A stretch of 64,000 nt of DNA from positions 64,001 to 128,000 of the IMG/VR virus record IMGVR_UViG_3300043395_002432; one strand, 5' to 3'. The notes below the pieces were generated by a model, which had not been told where the DNA came from, searched no databases, and worked only from the letters and a program-made list of their open reading frames with translations. The stretch is from a virus. A program made the position numbers and the translations under genes. Shown here piece after piece: positions 1 to 9,354 of the stretch (positions are counted from its first letter, which is position 1; each line of letters starts with the position of its first letter).

Positions 1-360
1 GAGCGCATGCAGGTACGCAGAGGACACCGTGAGGATGATCGGGTTCGGCTTGCCCGCAGGCGCGTCGAACCACGAAATCGAATGCACCAAGAGGTCTCGC
101 GGCTCAAGAAGGAGCGCAGGACGAAGGCTCTGGATCGCCTCTCGAAAGGCTTTGGTGTACGCCTCGACGTCCACACCCATGAGCGAATCCTTCGCGTAGT
201 AGAGCGTCACATGCGCCCGCTCCCCGTCACTCTCGAGCGCAGGAAGGTTCCGCCACAACGAAAGCGCCTCCGAACGAAACCGCTCGTCGACGTATGACCC
301 CACGAAGACGCTGTCCTCGGGCGTCAGGCTCGCCTCAAGCAGCTCGCGGAGAAGGCGCAT
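1..360 (-). CDS. 2H-phosphoesterase family protein (Acb1/T4 gp57B-like), truncated at window start
   Basis: Not in the ORF track; translated by hand. The ATG overlaps the tube-gene stop (TGATG) and the frame stays open to base 1: MRLLRELLEAS...ERAHVTLYYAKD...WFDAPAGKPNPIILTVSSAYLHAL. First HxT motif present; the second would lie outside the window. Confidence 0.6.
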   Translation of the reverse strand, partial: MRLLRELLEASLTPEDSVFVGSYVDERFRSEALSLWRNLPALESDGERAHVTLYYAKDSLMGVDVEAYTKAFREAIQSLRPALLLEPRDLLVHSISWFDAPAGKPNPIILTVSSAYLHAL

Positions 361-854
361 CACTCACTCGGAAGGAATTGCTCAATGCTCTCGCAAGCAA
401 TCGTCAACTCCGCCACGGAGACGTCCGCCGAAGTCGCGTCCAGATCCCCACCCGGCTTCATCTCGGTCGGAAACGCCTCGTAGCACACATAGCGACGGGC
501 CTTGTTCCGATCCCACACCCCATTGGTCTTTCCGTCGCGGGGGAACTGGTAGATCGTCACGTCCGCACGATACTCGTCCCCATTCACCACGCGCATCATC
601 CAGTCGTAGAACGCCGAAGAACGCTTGGCGATCCCCTTGTTCAGCGTCACGTCCCCGACCGTGGGCGCACCTGGGTACTTCTTGGTGTACGTGTCCGTAC
701 CCTCCTTGTACTCCACGGGGTCAATCGAGATGTTCGGAATCGAGCAATTCTGAAAGCCCCCCTGAGGCTCAGTCGGCTCCATCCCATAGCCGTTATTGGT
801 GACGACCTGAAACCGATGCCCCTGCATGAGGTCGGTGGCTTGCGCTCGCGGCAT
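360..854 (-). CDS. tail tube protein (gp19-like)
   Basis: 164 aa with GGFQNCS, VEYKEG, KYPG..TVGDVTLNKG, FYDW, AFPT and DLDATS..V.VAELTIACE motifs; downstream of sheath gene. Confidence 0.9.
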   Translation of the reverse strand: MPRAQATDLMQGHRFQVVTNNGYGMEPTEPQGGFQNCSIPNISIDPVEYKEGTDTYTKKYPGAPTVGDVTLNKGIAKRSSAFYDWMMRVVNGDEYRADVTIYQFPRDGKTNGVWDRNKARRYVCYEAFPTEMKPGGDLDATSADVSVAELTIACESIEQFLPSE

Positions 855-901
855 GCGTTTCCCCTTCTCTTAGGGTTGCTTACTCGGGTACGCCAGGAAA
901 A

Positions 902-1492
902 TCACGAACTCACGACAGGGCTTACCGAAATCTCAAGAACGCCAGCACCCGTGAGCGCCACCGCAGTTGCGCCGTCCGAAGCCACCACCTTGAGCTTCCA
1001 GCCAGAAGGAACGTGCATCTCATCCTGATTGTCGAAGATCAGGATCTGATCACTCTCAACCTCCCGAAGAAGGATCTCGACCCCAGATCCCCCCCACTCC
1101 GTCTGCTCGGCGGAAGGGGACACCTCCTTCGAGACGAATCCAGGCGTGGCGTTGGTGCTGTAGAACGGGTCAGTGAAGTCCACCGCATACACACGAATCC
1201 ACGTCGCCCCAGGAAACCTCCCCATGAGGCTCGTAATCTTCCAGTGCGGCCACTTCGTGAGAGGCCAATCCGGTAGGACGTCCTTAGGCTTCACCCCCTC
1301 AAGAAAGCCGTAATTCAAGTCGACCAGCCCCCCGGTGATCGCCCCAGACCCAGCGGCAGGCCGACTCCAGAGTTTCCCACCAACAAGCGTCTGAACCACG
1401 TCGTCAGCCGCTGGGCCATACTCCGTGCCGTCCACCGTGTCGTCGACGCGGAAGCTGTAGCGAAACATGTGCGGAATCTTGCTCAACGCCAT
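902..1492 (-). CDS. hypothetical protein, probably virion structural
   Basis: 196-aa ORF with GAGG RBS, located between sheath and tube genes. Confidence 0.6.
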   Translation of the reverse strand: MALSKIPHMFRYSFRVDDTVDGTEYGPAADDVVQTLVGGKLWSRPAAGSGAITGGLVDLNYGFLEGVKPKDVLPDWPLTKWPHWKITSLMGRFPGATWIRVYAVDFTDPFYSTNATPGFVSKEVSPSAEQTEWGGSGVEILLREVESDQILIFDNQDEMHVPSGWKLKVVASDGATAVALTGAGVLEISVSPVVSS

Positions 1493-1529
1493 GTGTACCT
1501 CTCGCTCCTCATAGCCGCCTTCGCAGACG

Positions 1530-1561
1530 AAGCAAAGAAGGCAGGGTCTGCCCTGCCTCCT
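1530..1561 (-). terminator. hairpin, possible terminator
   Basis: GAAGGCAGGG-TCTG-CCCTGCCTCC, followed on the minus strand by TTCTTTGCTT. Confidence 0.45.
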
Positions 1562-1563
1562 TC

Positions 1564-1602
1564 GTGCCTTCGTGGCGTGCCTTCGTGGCGTGCCTTCGTG
1601 GC
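1564..1602. repeat. 13-bp tandem repeat x3 (GTGCCTTCGTGGC)
   Basis: Three exact copies plus partial flanking copies; intergenic. Confidence 0.9.
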
Positions 1603-1612
1603 GTGCTTGGTG

Positions 1613-1804
1613 CTACTTCTTCAGGCTGTTGATCAGCTCAATCGAGCTGGGATGCAGCAAGTAGAGCGGATCGTTCACCCCGTCGAAACGGGCGTCAATG
1701 TGCCGCGAAAGCTCACCGACCGCAATGGTCGCCGCCTGAATCGCAGCGAGCTGCTCCCGCTTGTGGGCGTCCTGAGCTGCCTTGAGTGCGTCATTGTCTG
1801 CCAT
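1613..1804 (-). CDS. small hypothetical protein
   Basis: 63 aa, GAGGAG RBS. Confidence 0.6.
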   Translation of the reverse strand: MADNDALKAAQDAHKREQLAAIQAATIAVGELSRHIDARFDGVNDPLYLLHPSSIELINSLKK

Positions 1805-1873
1805 TTGATTCTCCTCGATGCTCCTGTGGGTAACTCAGGCACCAAGATCGAGCCAACGACGAAGTCGAATTCG

Positions 1874-4252
1874 TCAGCTCGTCGAGCTGCCCGCTCCCTG
1901 CAGCCCGACGCGAGCCACGATGAACTCAGCCGCCGCATTCGGACGGAACCGAACGTCAGCCGTCAACCGACCCTGCGCCACCTCCGCTGCCGGGTTGTTG
2001 CTGTCGTTGCAGATCACCGAGTAGCCCTCCGCAGCCGACGCCCCGTAGAACCAGCCCAGGTTCCGCAGCCGCTCCATGTACGAGGTGATCTCCAACGTGA
2101 TCTGCGAGCGCAGCGCAGGAGTGTTCGGCTCAAACACCTTCGGCAGCAGGATCTGCCGCATGTTCAGCTTCACCACCGCAAGCATGCGCGCCACATGGAT
2201 CATGCCGTAGTCCCCGTTCCGCTCCATCGTGTTCGCACCAAAGACCACAGGATCTTGGTACTGCGCCAGATACCGAATCACGTTGATCTGGTGCGACCGA
2301 AGCTGCCCAGCCTCCGCGTCCGAGACCTCATACGCAAGCTGCACCACCAAGGACAACCGCCCGTCCGCCACACCGGCAGGAGCCTTCATCGCACCACGCG
2401 CAGAATCCGTCCGCGAGATCACACCAGCCGCATGGAATACCGGAGGGAGCAGCCGAGAGCGATTCGTCGCCGGATCAATCACGTACTTCCAGGGCCAGTA
2501 CATATGGCCCTCAAGCGCCTCAGGGCGGTTCACCTGACGCTTGTACGCAATCGCTTGCGTCGGCGTATACCCCGAAGGCGGGCAGATCACCGCAAACCGA
2601 TCCGTGTTCTCCCGAGCGTGACAGTAGTCCAGCAACGCCTGATCCACCGCCTTCACCCCGGTGAAGTCAGGGAAGATCACCATCAGCACCTCATTCAACC
2701 GCTCCGTCGCGTAGATGCCCTTCCGATCCGCCTGGATCGCCGTCCCGATCACCTCCGCACTGGTGATCGCGCTCCCGTCGTCCCCACCAGAGAGCCGCAA
2801 CGTCCAGGGGCTGGAGGCGTCGTTCACGGGAGCAGCGAAGTAGACCGCGCTGATCGCCCCCCCGTCCTTCACCTCCGCCTCGAACGTCAACGAGAACTCC
2901 CCCGTCGTGTAGTCAATCGTCCCCGTGCCGTCGCCAGTGAACCCACCAAAGCCGTCGTCCGTCAACGTCATGGTGCTGTCGTCCGACTCCTTCAACGCCG
3001 TGAACACCAAGGAGCCAGAGTAGACCGCATTCGAGAGCGTCCCCGCAAACTCCAGCGTCGCCCCGTCTCCAGCCAACGCCGTCCCCGCGTCGCCTGCAGC
3101 ATCCTCCTCCACCGAGACCCCTGAAAGCTCCGAAGGAACCCCAGCGTGGATCTCCGTCACCGAGAAGTACTCAGAGCCGTTCGTGGCGTCATTCAGGACG
3201 TTCACGATGTAGTTCTCGCTGTCCGTGTTGTCGGTCAGCGACACCAAGAACGTCTCCGCCACCGCCCACGAGCCGTTCGCGTCCAACACCTCCACCACCA
3301 AGTTCCACCGCGTGAACGACGCCGAATCCGCATCCTCGTAGCCCTCCAACCCAGAGAGCTTGATCCGGCAGTCATTCCCATACGCACCAACGTGATCCAT
3401 CGTCAGAAGGAAGAGCTTCTTGCGGTACACCACAGAGACCACGTAGTCGTCCGCAGGCGCATTCGAGAACGTCACCGCAAGCGCCCCGGTCGTGTAGTTG
3501 ATCGACCCCGTCGCCCCACTCTGGAGCGCGCCTTCACCGTCGTCCGTCACCGTGATCTCAGGCCCGTAGTACCGATACGTCGCCGTGATCGCCGTCGACG
3601 CCCCAGGAAGATCGCCAGTCAGGTCAATGTAGATCTCACCCGTCGTCCGGTTCAAGGTGGTGTTCTCAGGCGTCCCGTCCCCCTCAACAGAGCCGTCCGC
3701 CGCAATCGTCTGAGACTTCGCAACGCCACCAGACGTCCACTCGATCAGGACGTCCCCCGTCGTCACCCCAGGGTGCGCCAAGGTGCCAGAGAACGCCGCA
3801 TCCCCACCAGCGTCCGAATCCAGAACCTCGTCTGTCACCAAGAGCGCACGCTGGTACACGATCTCAAGACTCCCAGGGAGGATCGGCACGCCAGCCAACG
3901 TCTTGCTCCCCGTCGTGTCCGAACCATCCCCCGTCATGAGCGTCTCCGTCACCTCCGTCGAGATGTACGCAGTCGCCGCCACAGCGTCGTCAGACGCCAC
4001 CCGCACCACCACCAAGCGCGAGCCACCGTTCTGGAAGAAGACATACGCAGCCAGCGGAGCCGTCAACGTGGTGCTGAAGGTGCCAAAGACCCGCTGAAAC
4101 TCCTCCCACGAAGTGATCACCGTAGGAGTATTCAGCGGCCCCTTCGGCGTCGCCCCAATCAAGGCCAACCCCGAAGTCGAAACCGCCGTCGAGACCGCCT
4201 GGGCCAACGGTACTGTCAAGGTGCGAACGCCCGGTGTGTTCGAAGCAGGCAT
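1874..4252 (-). CDS. contractile tail sheath protein (gp18-like)
   Basis: 792 aa; TPGV N-terminus, G.TPKGP.N.P..ITSWEEF.RVFG, FFQNGG..LVVVRV, KAPAG, VFEPNTPAL, Y.VICN.SNN and P..AAEFI C-terminus. Confidence 0.95.
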   Translation of the reverse strand: MPASNTPGVRTLTVPLAQAVSTAVSTSGLALIGATPKGPLNTPTVITSWEEFQRVFGTFSTTLTAPLAAYVFFQNGGSRLVVVRVASDDAVAATAYISTEVTETLMTGDGSDTTGSKTLAGVPILPGSLEIVYQRALLVTDEVLDSDAGGDAAFSGTLAHPGVTTGDVLIEWTSGGVAKSQTIAADGSVEGDGTPENTTLNRTTGEIYIDLTGDLPGASTAITATYRYYGPEITVTDDGEGALQSGATGSINYTTGALAVTFSNAPADDYVVSVVYRKKLFLLTMDHVGAYGNDCRIKLSGLEGYEDADSASFTRWNLVVEVLDANGSWAVAETFLVSLTDNTDSENYIVNVLNDATNGSEYFSVTEIHAGVPSELSGVSVEEDAAGDAGTALAGDGATLEFAGTLSNAVYSGSLVFTALKESDDSTMTLTDDGFGGFTGDGTGTIDYTTGEFSLTFEAEVKDGGAISAVYFAAPVNDASSPWTLRLSGGDDGSAITSAEVIGTAIQADRKGIYATERLNEVLMVIFPDFTGVKAVDQALLDYCHARENTDRFAVICPPSGYTPTQAIAYKRQVNRPEALEGHMYWPWKYVIDPATNRSRLLPPVFHAAGVISRTDSARGAMKAPAGVADGRLSLVVQLAYEVSDAEAGQLRSHQINVIRYLAQYQDPVVFGANTMERNGDYGMIHVARMLAVVKLNMRQILLPKVFEPNTPALRSQITLEITSYMERLRNLGWFYGASAAEGYSVICNDSNNPAAEVAQGRLTADVRFRPNAAAEFIVARVGLQGAGSSTS

Positions 4253-4435
4253 GCTCTTAGATCCTCACGCTAAGATCGCCTTTACCCGACGAGAGCCAAA
4301 AAGCAAACCCAGCCGACGAAGTCGAATTCGCTGCCGCAGGAAATTTTCGAAGAGCTTCGAATGCGGTCTGCACCAAGACCTCGAATGCGGCTGTGGGAGG
4401 GGTTGGGGAGGGTGAGGAGACCACCGCCGCTATAA

Positions 4436-4497
4436 GAGTGTCTTAGTTCGGGAAAACTTTGACCGCGATCAACGCCAGTTTTCAGATCGTACTTTCG
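4436..4497. repeat. 62-bp bipartite element, copy 1
   Basis: GAGTGTCTTAGTTCGGGAA, with TCGTACTTTCG starting 51 bp downstream. Confidence 0.9.
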
Positions 4498-4575
4498 GAC
4501 GACACGCACGGCGAGGAGAGCCGACCGACGCGAGCGGGAGGAGCGGCCCGCCGAAGCCCCGACAGCCCGAGTAAG

Positions 4576-4637
4576 GAGTGTCTTAGTTCGGGAAGACGAA
4601 ACCTGGGAACAAGGCCAGATTTCAGAGCCTACCGATT
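4576..4637. repeat. 62-bp bipartite element, copy 2 (second box degenerate)
   Basis: GAGTGTCTTAGTTCGGGAA exact; GCCAGATTTCAGAGCCTAC at the same offset as in the other copies. Confidence 0.85.
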
Positions 4638-5314
4638 CCCGAGGACGGAGGGGACGACACAGCTCGATGCACTAAGGTCGGAGAGATGTCGTACTCCCCA
4701 CGAATCGAGACCGAGATGCTCCTCTTCACCTCTCGCACGGAGAGGTCTGGGTACTGAAGCTCAATCGGCACCTCATCCACCGACCCGTCATAGGTGCGCT
4801 CCTCGTCCTCCGCGTCGTACACCTTGAGCGAGAAGCCATCGAGCAGGAATCGCTGGAGGAGGTACACCCACAGGAGCTTCGCCTCCCGACGAGCCGACGA
4901 ACCTCGGGCGACGACGTCGATCCGATACGAAAACTTCCTCGGGTGCGAGAGCGGCTGAACCTCCAAGAAGTCCGCCCCAGTCCGCGTGGTGCCGTCAGCG
5001 AATTCGACTTCGGTGAAGCTCGTCTGCGGCGCGGGCCGAATGTCCTGCACCGCTAAGCCCACGAAGCGCTGCTCATCTGGCTCGTCCGAAGTCAGCGTTA
5101 CCGCGACATGCGGGTAGAACTTCGCACCAAAGCTCTGCTCCCCCCCCGAGAAGTAGACAGGGACGTGGCCCTTGTACTCCGCCACACCGCGAACGCCCTC
5201 CACCACGAGCGCGTACTCCTCTCGCGCCTGATCGCCCTCACCAAGCAAAATCAGCACAGGCTCCATATGCTCAATGATGGCCCGATCAAAATGCTCGATC
5301 TCGATTCGACTCAT
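4622..5314 (-). CDS. putative tail completion/terminator protein
   Basis: 230 aa immediately upstream of sheath gene; call based on position only. Confidence 0.4.
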   Translation of the reverse strand: MSRIEIEHFDRAIIEHMEPVLILLGEGDQAREEYALVVEGVRGVAEYKGHVPVYFSGGEQSFGAKFYPHVAVTLTSDEPDEQRFVGLAVQDIRPAPQTSFTEVEFADGTTRTGADFLEVQPLSHPRKFSYRIDVVARGSSARREAKLLWVYLLQRFLLDGFSLKVYDAEDEERTYDGSVDEVPIELQYPDLSVREVKRSISVSIRGEYDISPTLVHRAVSSPPSSGIGRL

Positions 5315-5317
5315 GGC

Positions 5318-6103
5318 TCACCTCTTGCGAAATGCCTTTCGCTCGATCCCCTCCGTGAATCCCTCCATCGTCTCTGGGTTCTCAATGTCGCCCCGAGGAG
5401 GCTTCACAGATCGAATCTTGCTCCCGGTCAGGATCGCTTTTCGCTGCGCTTTCATCTCCTGCACGATGTACGCCTTCATCTCTTTCAGCGCACTTGACCA
5501 GACGTCGACCGCCTTCCCTCCGACGCCGTACTCCTCCCGAAGGGCTTCGAAGGCTAAGTCCGTTGGGGCGTCGACCAGCGCGTATCGCTGAGCAGGCATG
5601 AAGCGAATGGCCCGATCCAGCCTCTTGGGATCAAGCTCATCCGCCTCCGTGATCCAGCCCGCTTGCACCAAGAGGTGCGCTTGCTTCTTCAGCGCCTTCA
5701 CCGCCCCCTCGTACTCGTCAGGAGTGACCCGACGAAGGACGCCCTTCCCAGAGGCGAGGAGCGGGGCCGGGATCGCCTCAAGGGGAATTGGCCCAAGCAC
5801 AGAGAGATCCCGCACCAAGCCTGACGGCCCTTCCAAGAGCATTACCCACATGCCCCGATCCTGATCCGAGAGGACGCGCTTCTCCTCAGGCAGGACGACT
5901 GCATACCAGTCCCTCGTCCAGATCAGCTCAAGCCGGTCGTAGTCCAGGCTGGAGCGCGCTCCAGCAGCCTTCAGCCGCCGAACGAGCCGCCAGAGCGCAT
6001 TCTGCACAATGGAGGCGACCTGCTTCTGAACGAACGCCTCGTCTGCTTGCGCGAGCCGCTTCAGCACCTTCTTGGTGGCCCCAGATGGCTTCGCCCCGAT
6101 CAC
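5318..6103 (-). CDS. hypothetical protein (neck region)
   Basis: 261-aa ORF tightly packed with neighbours. Confidence 0.6.
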   Translation of the reverse strand: MIGAKPSGATKKVLKRLAQADEAFVQKQVASIVQNALWRLVRRLKAAGARSSLDYDRLELIWTRDWYAVVLPEEKRVLSDQDRGMWVMLLEGPSGLVRDLSVLGPIPLEAIPAPLLASGKGVLRRVTPDEYEGAVKALKKQAHLLVQAGWITEADELDPKRLDRAIRFMPAQRYALVDAPTDLAFEALREEYGVGGKAVDVWSSALKEMKAYIVQEMKAQRKAILTGSKIRSVKPPRGDIENPETMEGFTEGIERKAFRKR

Positions 6104-6384
6104 TTCTTGACCAAGAAGGTCTCAGGACGATCCAGCCGTTCGGCACCAAGCGACTGAATCCACTCAAGGTGCTTCGCACAGACCCCGAAGAGGGCGGACG
6201 AGGGGGCTTGCGCTTGGAGCATGGCCACAGGCGGATCGCCGCAGACGAAGCAATGCCGGTGGAGGTCAATGTCGCTCACCCGACATGGGAACGATCCCCC
6301 CCGGACGGGGCCACTACAGGGACGCCCGCAAGGCTTCCCTTCCTCTTGGTGCCAACGACAGGTCTGGCAGGCGAATGCCAACAT
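6100..6384 (-). CDS. Cys-rich putative Zn-binding protein
   Basis: Start MLAFACQTC overlaps upstream stop (TGATG); CxxC, CxxxC, CxxC and CxxH motifs. Confidence 0.6.
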   Translation of the reverse strand: MLAFACQTCRWHQEEGKPCGRPCSGPVRGGSFPCRVSDIDLHRHCFVCGDPPVAMLQAQAPSSALFGVCAKHLEWIQSLGAERLDRPETFLVKK

Positions 6385-7115
6385 CAGGCAACCTTCCCGA
6401 GCGCCTCTACCTGCTCCTTGGTGAAGAAGGTCTGCCCATGCTTCTTCGACCACATGGCCACAGCCTCTCCCAAGCCCCAGGAGCGAATGTCTCCCCACAG
6501 GATCGCCGCCTGATACGGCGTGAGCGACGGCTTGATCTTCAAGATCCGATCCGTCTCGGGGGCGTTGAGCGGACGAATGACCGGGTGAAGCTCGCTCTCC
6601 TGATCCTCAGGACTCCAACGGTCGTCCCCCTCCTCCAGCACGACGCGGGTAGAGATGTCCTCCAGCACGAAGAAGGTCTGGGCATCGTAGGAATACGCCG
6701 TCTCCGTGCGCTCCGTAGCCGTCCTCCGCATGCTCCCACGAACCTCTCGCTCCGTGGGCGAATTCGAATGCACCACACCCTCCGCAAGCACCTTGCCCAT
6801 GAGCGAGCAGACCACGAAGCGATCCCCACTCGCCAGAAGCTCTGGAGCGACCAGCCACGCCCTCGAAGGGTGCGACGCCGCCACCATCTCCAAGAGCGAG
6901 AGCAGCTCCGCGCTCACCTCCGCCTCCGAGACCTCCTTCACTGGCCACCGCTCGTCCCCATGCACCGTTCGCATGCTCTTGTAGACCGTCGTCACCAAGG
7001 CATAGAAGCCGTCCGGGTCAGACTTCTCCTTGTCCGGGTACTCCTGTTGAATGATCTCCTTCGACTGAATCCAATCCTTCTCTTCCTCAGGGGTACGCAC
7101 CAATGCTGAAGGCAT
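6384..7115 (-). CDS. hypothetical protein
   Basis: 243 aa, AGGAGG RBS. Confidence 0.65.
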   Translation of the reverse strand: MPSALVRTPEEEKDWIQSKEIIQQEYPDKEKSDPDGFYALVTTVYKSMRTVHGDERWPVKEVSEAEVSAELLSLLEMVAASHPSRAWLVAPELLASGDRFVVCSLMGKVLAEGVVHSNSPTEREVRGSMRRTATERTETAYSYDAQTFFVLEDISTRVVLEEGDDRWSPEDQESELHPVIRPLNAPETDRILKIKPSLTPYQAAILWGDIRSWGLGEAVAMWSKKHGQTFFTKEQVEALGKVA

Positions 7116-7128
7116 CGCTTTTCTCCTC

Positions 7129-7683
7129 CTACTTCTTTAGCCTGGGAATGGAATCTCGGGGAGCGATGAAGCCCTCCGAGGGAGTAGAGGGACGCAAAGG
7201 AATCGCCTCAGCGGGCTGAACCTCCTCCGTCAGTCCCGACCGAGATTTCAACGCAATCTTCCACTCCGTAAATCCGGGGCCATTCCGAACGATCCCGAAC
7301 TCGTCCACCTTGACGATCCGAAACCAACGCGGACGCTCCGACAGCGGATGCTGACAAATCACGTCCCCGATCTTTGGTGCTTTTGGCCCCTCCGTCAGCT
7401 CCGCCCAGAGCGAATACGGGATCGCAGCCTCAGCGTCGAACTCAGACTCCACCAAGCCCCCCTCGTCCGCGTCAACATTCTGACTCTCCGCCTCCTCGAA
7501 GAGAAAGCTCACGCTCAGCGCGAACGGAGCCATGTACGAAGGCTTCTCGCTCTCCCGATGAACAGGATTCCATTTTCCCGGCTTCAGGACGTAGTAATGC
7601 AGGAAGGTCTCGCCCTGCTCGTCGTCTCCAACAAAGCGTGCGTAGTCCCGGCTCACCTTCTGAAAGAAGTCCCGATCCCTCAT
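7129..7683 (-). CDS. putative head-closure/neck protein (gp14-like)
   Basis: Start MRDRDFF with GGAGG RBS; PKIGDVI...WFRI motif; located near gp13-like gene. Confidence 0.5.
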   Translation of the reverse strand: MRDRDFFQKVSRDYARFVGDDEQGETFLHYYVLKPGKWNPVHRESEKPSYMAPFALSVSFLFEEAESQNVDADEGGLVESEFDAEAAIPYSLWAELTEGPKAPKIGDVICQHPLSERPRWFRIVKVDEFGIVRNGPGFTEWKIALKSRSGLTEEVQPAEAIPLRPSTPSEGFIAPRDSIPRLKK

Positions 7684-7702
7684 ACGCCCTCCGTGAAGCC
7701 AC

Positions 7703-7740
7703 AGAAAAGGGGAGAACGAATTCGACTTCGTTCCCCCCCT
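7703..7740 (-). terminator. intrinsic terminator built around a palindrome copy
   Basis: Minus strand GGGGGGAACGAA-GTCGAA-TTCGTTCTCCCC-TTTTCT. Confidence 0.65.
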
Positions 7741-7761
7741 CTTCACCCCCCCCAGACCCGA

Positions 7762-8538
7762 TCAGCCCACCGAGAGAATGCGCTCAAGGTGCGAGGTCAG
7801 CGACACGCCGTTCTGGATCTCCTCCATGACCTCAGGGTCGGCCACGAAGCCGTGAGAAGCCAGGGCAGCCAGGGCAGCCTTCCCGGCCAGCTCCTTCGCC
7901 GCCGCCAGCGTGTCAGCCTCACCCTCGGCAGAGGGATCGTCGCCCTCGTCCGTGTAGATCGCCCAATACGCCCCACCCTCGTCATCGACGGCCAGCAAGG
8001 TCACCAGACCGTCCTCCGTCTCCGCCATCCACTCACCCTCGTCGCCCTCGATCCACGCCAGGGCGTCCACTGCCGACTGCTCGAGCATCGGGCGGTAGTA
8101 CATGTTCTCGAAGACCTGAAGGCTCTCGTTCTGGTTCGAAGCCTGCTTCCCTGCCCAGTCCATCGCGCCAGCCTTAGCCGCACCAGCGACCGGAGCGAAC
8201 TTGTTCCCCCGTGCCTCGGCAGAGCTGACGCCACCCCCTGAGCGAGACAGCACCTCGCCGTCGTAGCAGCGGACGTTGTCACCCTTCATGCGAGCAAGCC
8301 GACCGCAGACAGGGACGCCCTTCTGGATCGACAAGGTGCCACGCTCCGGGCGATACCGCACGGGAGCGGGCTTCTCGATCTTACGAAAGAGCGGCTTGCC
8401 GTTCTTCCCCTTCCCCACAACCACGTCCTTGGGAGAAGAGAAGTTGAAGGACACCGTCTTCGCCCGCCGCTGCGTGCTGAACTTCCCCTCCGCGTCATGG
8501 TGGGGATTCGGGTTGCCACGCTCTTCGATGTTCGCCAT
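7762..8538 (-). CDS. hypothetical protein, possibly internal head protein
   Basis: 258 aa; N-terminal NPHHDAEGKF motif; basic N-half and acidic C-half separated by QNES. Confidence 0.55.
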   Translation of the reverse strand: MANIEERGNPNPHHDAEGKFSTQRRAKTVSFNFSSPKDVVVGKGKNGKPLFRKIEKPAPVRYRPERGTLSIQKGVPVCGRLARMKGDNVRCYDGEVLSRSGGGVSSAEARGNKFAPVAGAAKAGAMDWAGKQASNQNESLQVFENMYYRPMLEQSAVDALAWIEGDEGEWMAETEDGLVTLLAVDDEGGAYWAIYTDEGDDPSAEGEADTLAAAKELAGKAALAALASHGFVADPEVMEEIQNGVSLTSHLERILSVG

Positions 8539-8604
8539 TTTGATCTCCTACTGAAGAAGCGATAGCGTATTGACGAGAATCGGGCAACGCGAATTCGAAT
8601 TCGT

Positions 8605-9351
8605 TCAGCCAATCACAAACAACACCCCAGGCGAGGCTGCAAGCGCCTCCTCCTGAAGGATCTGAAGCTCAGCCTCCGACTCCGACATGAGGTCGCCGCC
8701 GTCCATCGACGTCTTCGACCCACCCATTGGAACCTCACTGTACTTGCGCCGAACTTGCCCCAACGTGCGCTTACACGTCGCAAGCAAGTAGCGCCGAAAC
8801 CACTGAAGCTCTTGGCTGTCCAGATTCTCGACGTCCACGACGTACTTCACGAACTCTACGAAAGCGGGGCCACTCAAGGTGTCAGGTCGTACCGTCAGCA
8901 CCTTGCTGCGTGGCTCGTACTGCCATGTGGGATCGTTCCCAAATTGCCGCTCTAATCCGCGATTGGCAAGGTACTGAAGAAGATGCGTTGTCCGCGTGAG
9001 GTTGCCAGGGTTCCGAATGAATCCCGTCAAGTCCTCCATAAAGTAGCTGCGGTACTCAGAAGAGACATTCGCTATATCAGGAAGGATTACGTCGACGACC
9101 TCTCGGACGTTCGACGGAAGCCTGTAGTCCGATTGGCCCGCCACCAAGGTGAGCGGGAGACGGCACCGCTCACCTACGGTGGAGGAGAGCCAGAGCTTGG
9201 TGTTCTCGATCCCGTCCGCAATGTCGTCGAGCGTTAGCTCAATGCCGACGTTGTTCCCACCAAGCTGGCGAATGACACGATAGCCCTCCGCCTGCTCCCG
9301 CTCGGTGAGCGCACGAAAGAGAAGCTCATGCTTGGTGGTGTCGCGGGCCAT
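8605..9351 (-). CDS. neck protein (gp13-like)
   Basis: LATCKRTLGQVRRKY..VPMGG...MDG.DL..E...E.Q.L motif resembling the gp13 C-terminus; RQLG..V.IELT N-terminus. Confidence 0.75.
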   Translation of the reverse strand: MARDTTKHELLFRALTEREQAEGYRVIRQLGGNNVGIELTLDDIADGIENTKLWLSSTVGERCRLPLTLVAGQSDYRLPSNVREVVDVILPDIANVSSEYRSYFMEDLTGFIRNPGNLTRTTHLLQYLANRGLERQFGNDPTWQYEPRSKVLTVRPDTLSGPAFVEFVKYVVDVENLDSQELQWFRRYLLATCKRTLGQVRRKYSEVPMGGSKTSMDGGDLMSESEAELQILQEEALAASPGVLFVIG

Positions 9352-9354
9352 TGT

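Noticed and set aside
360-4252. Extracellular contractile injection system or tailocin
   Set aside because: Capsid, portal, protease and terminase genes are present, so this is a phage.
4436-4497. Conserved RNA structure in the 62-bp element
   Set aside because: Copy 1 can form a hairpin (GAAAACT/AGTTTTC), but no equivalent covarying stem was seen in the other copies.
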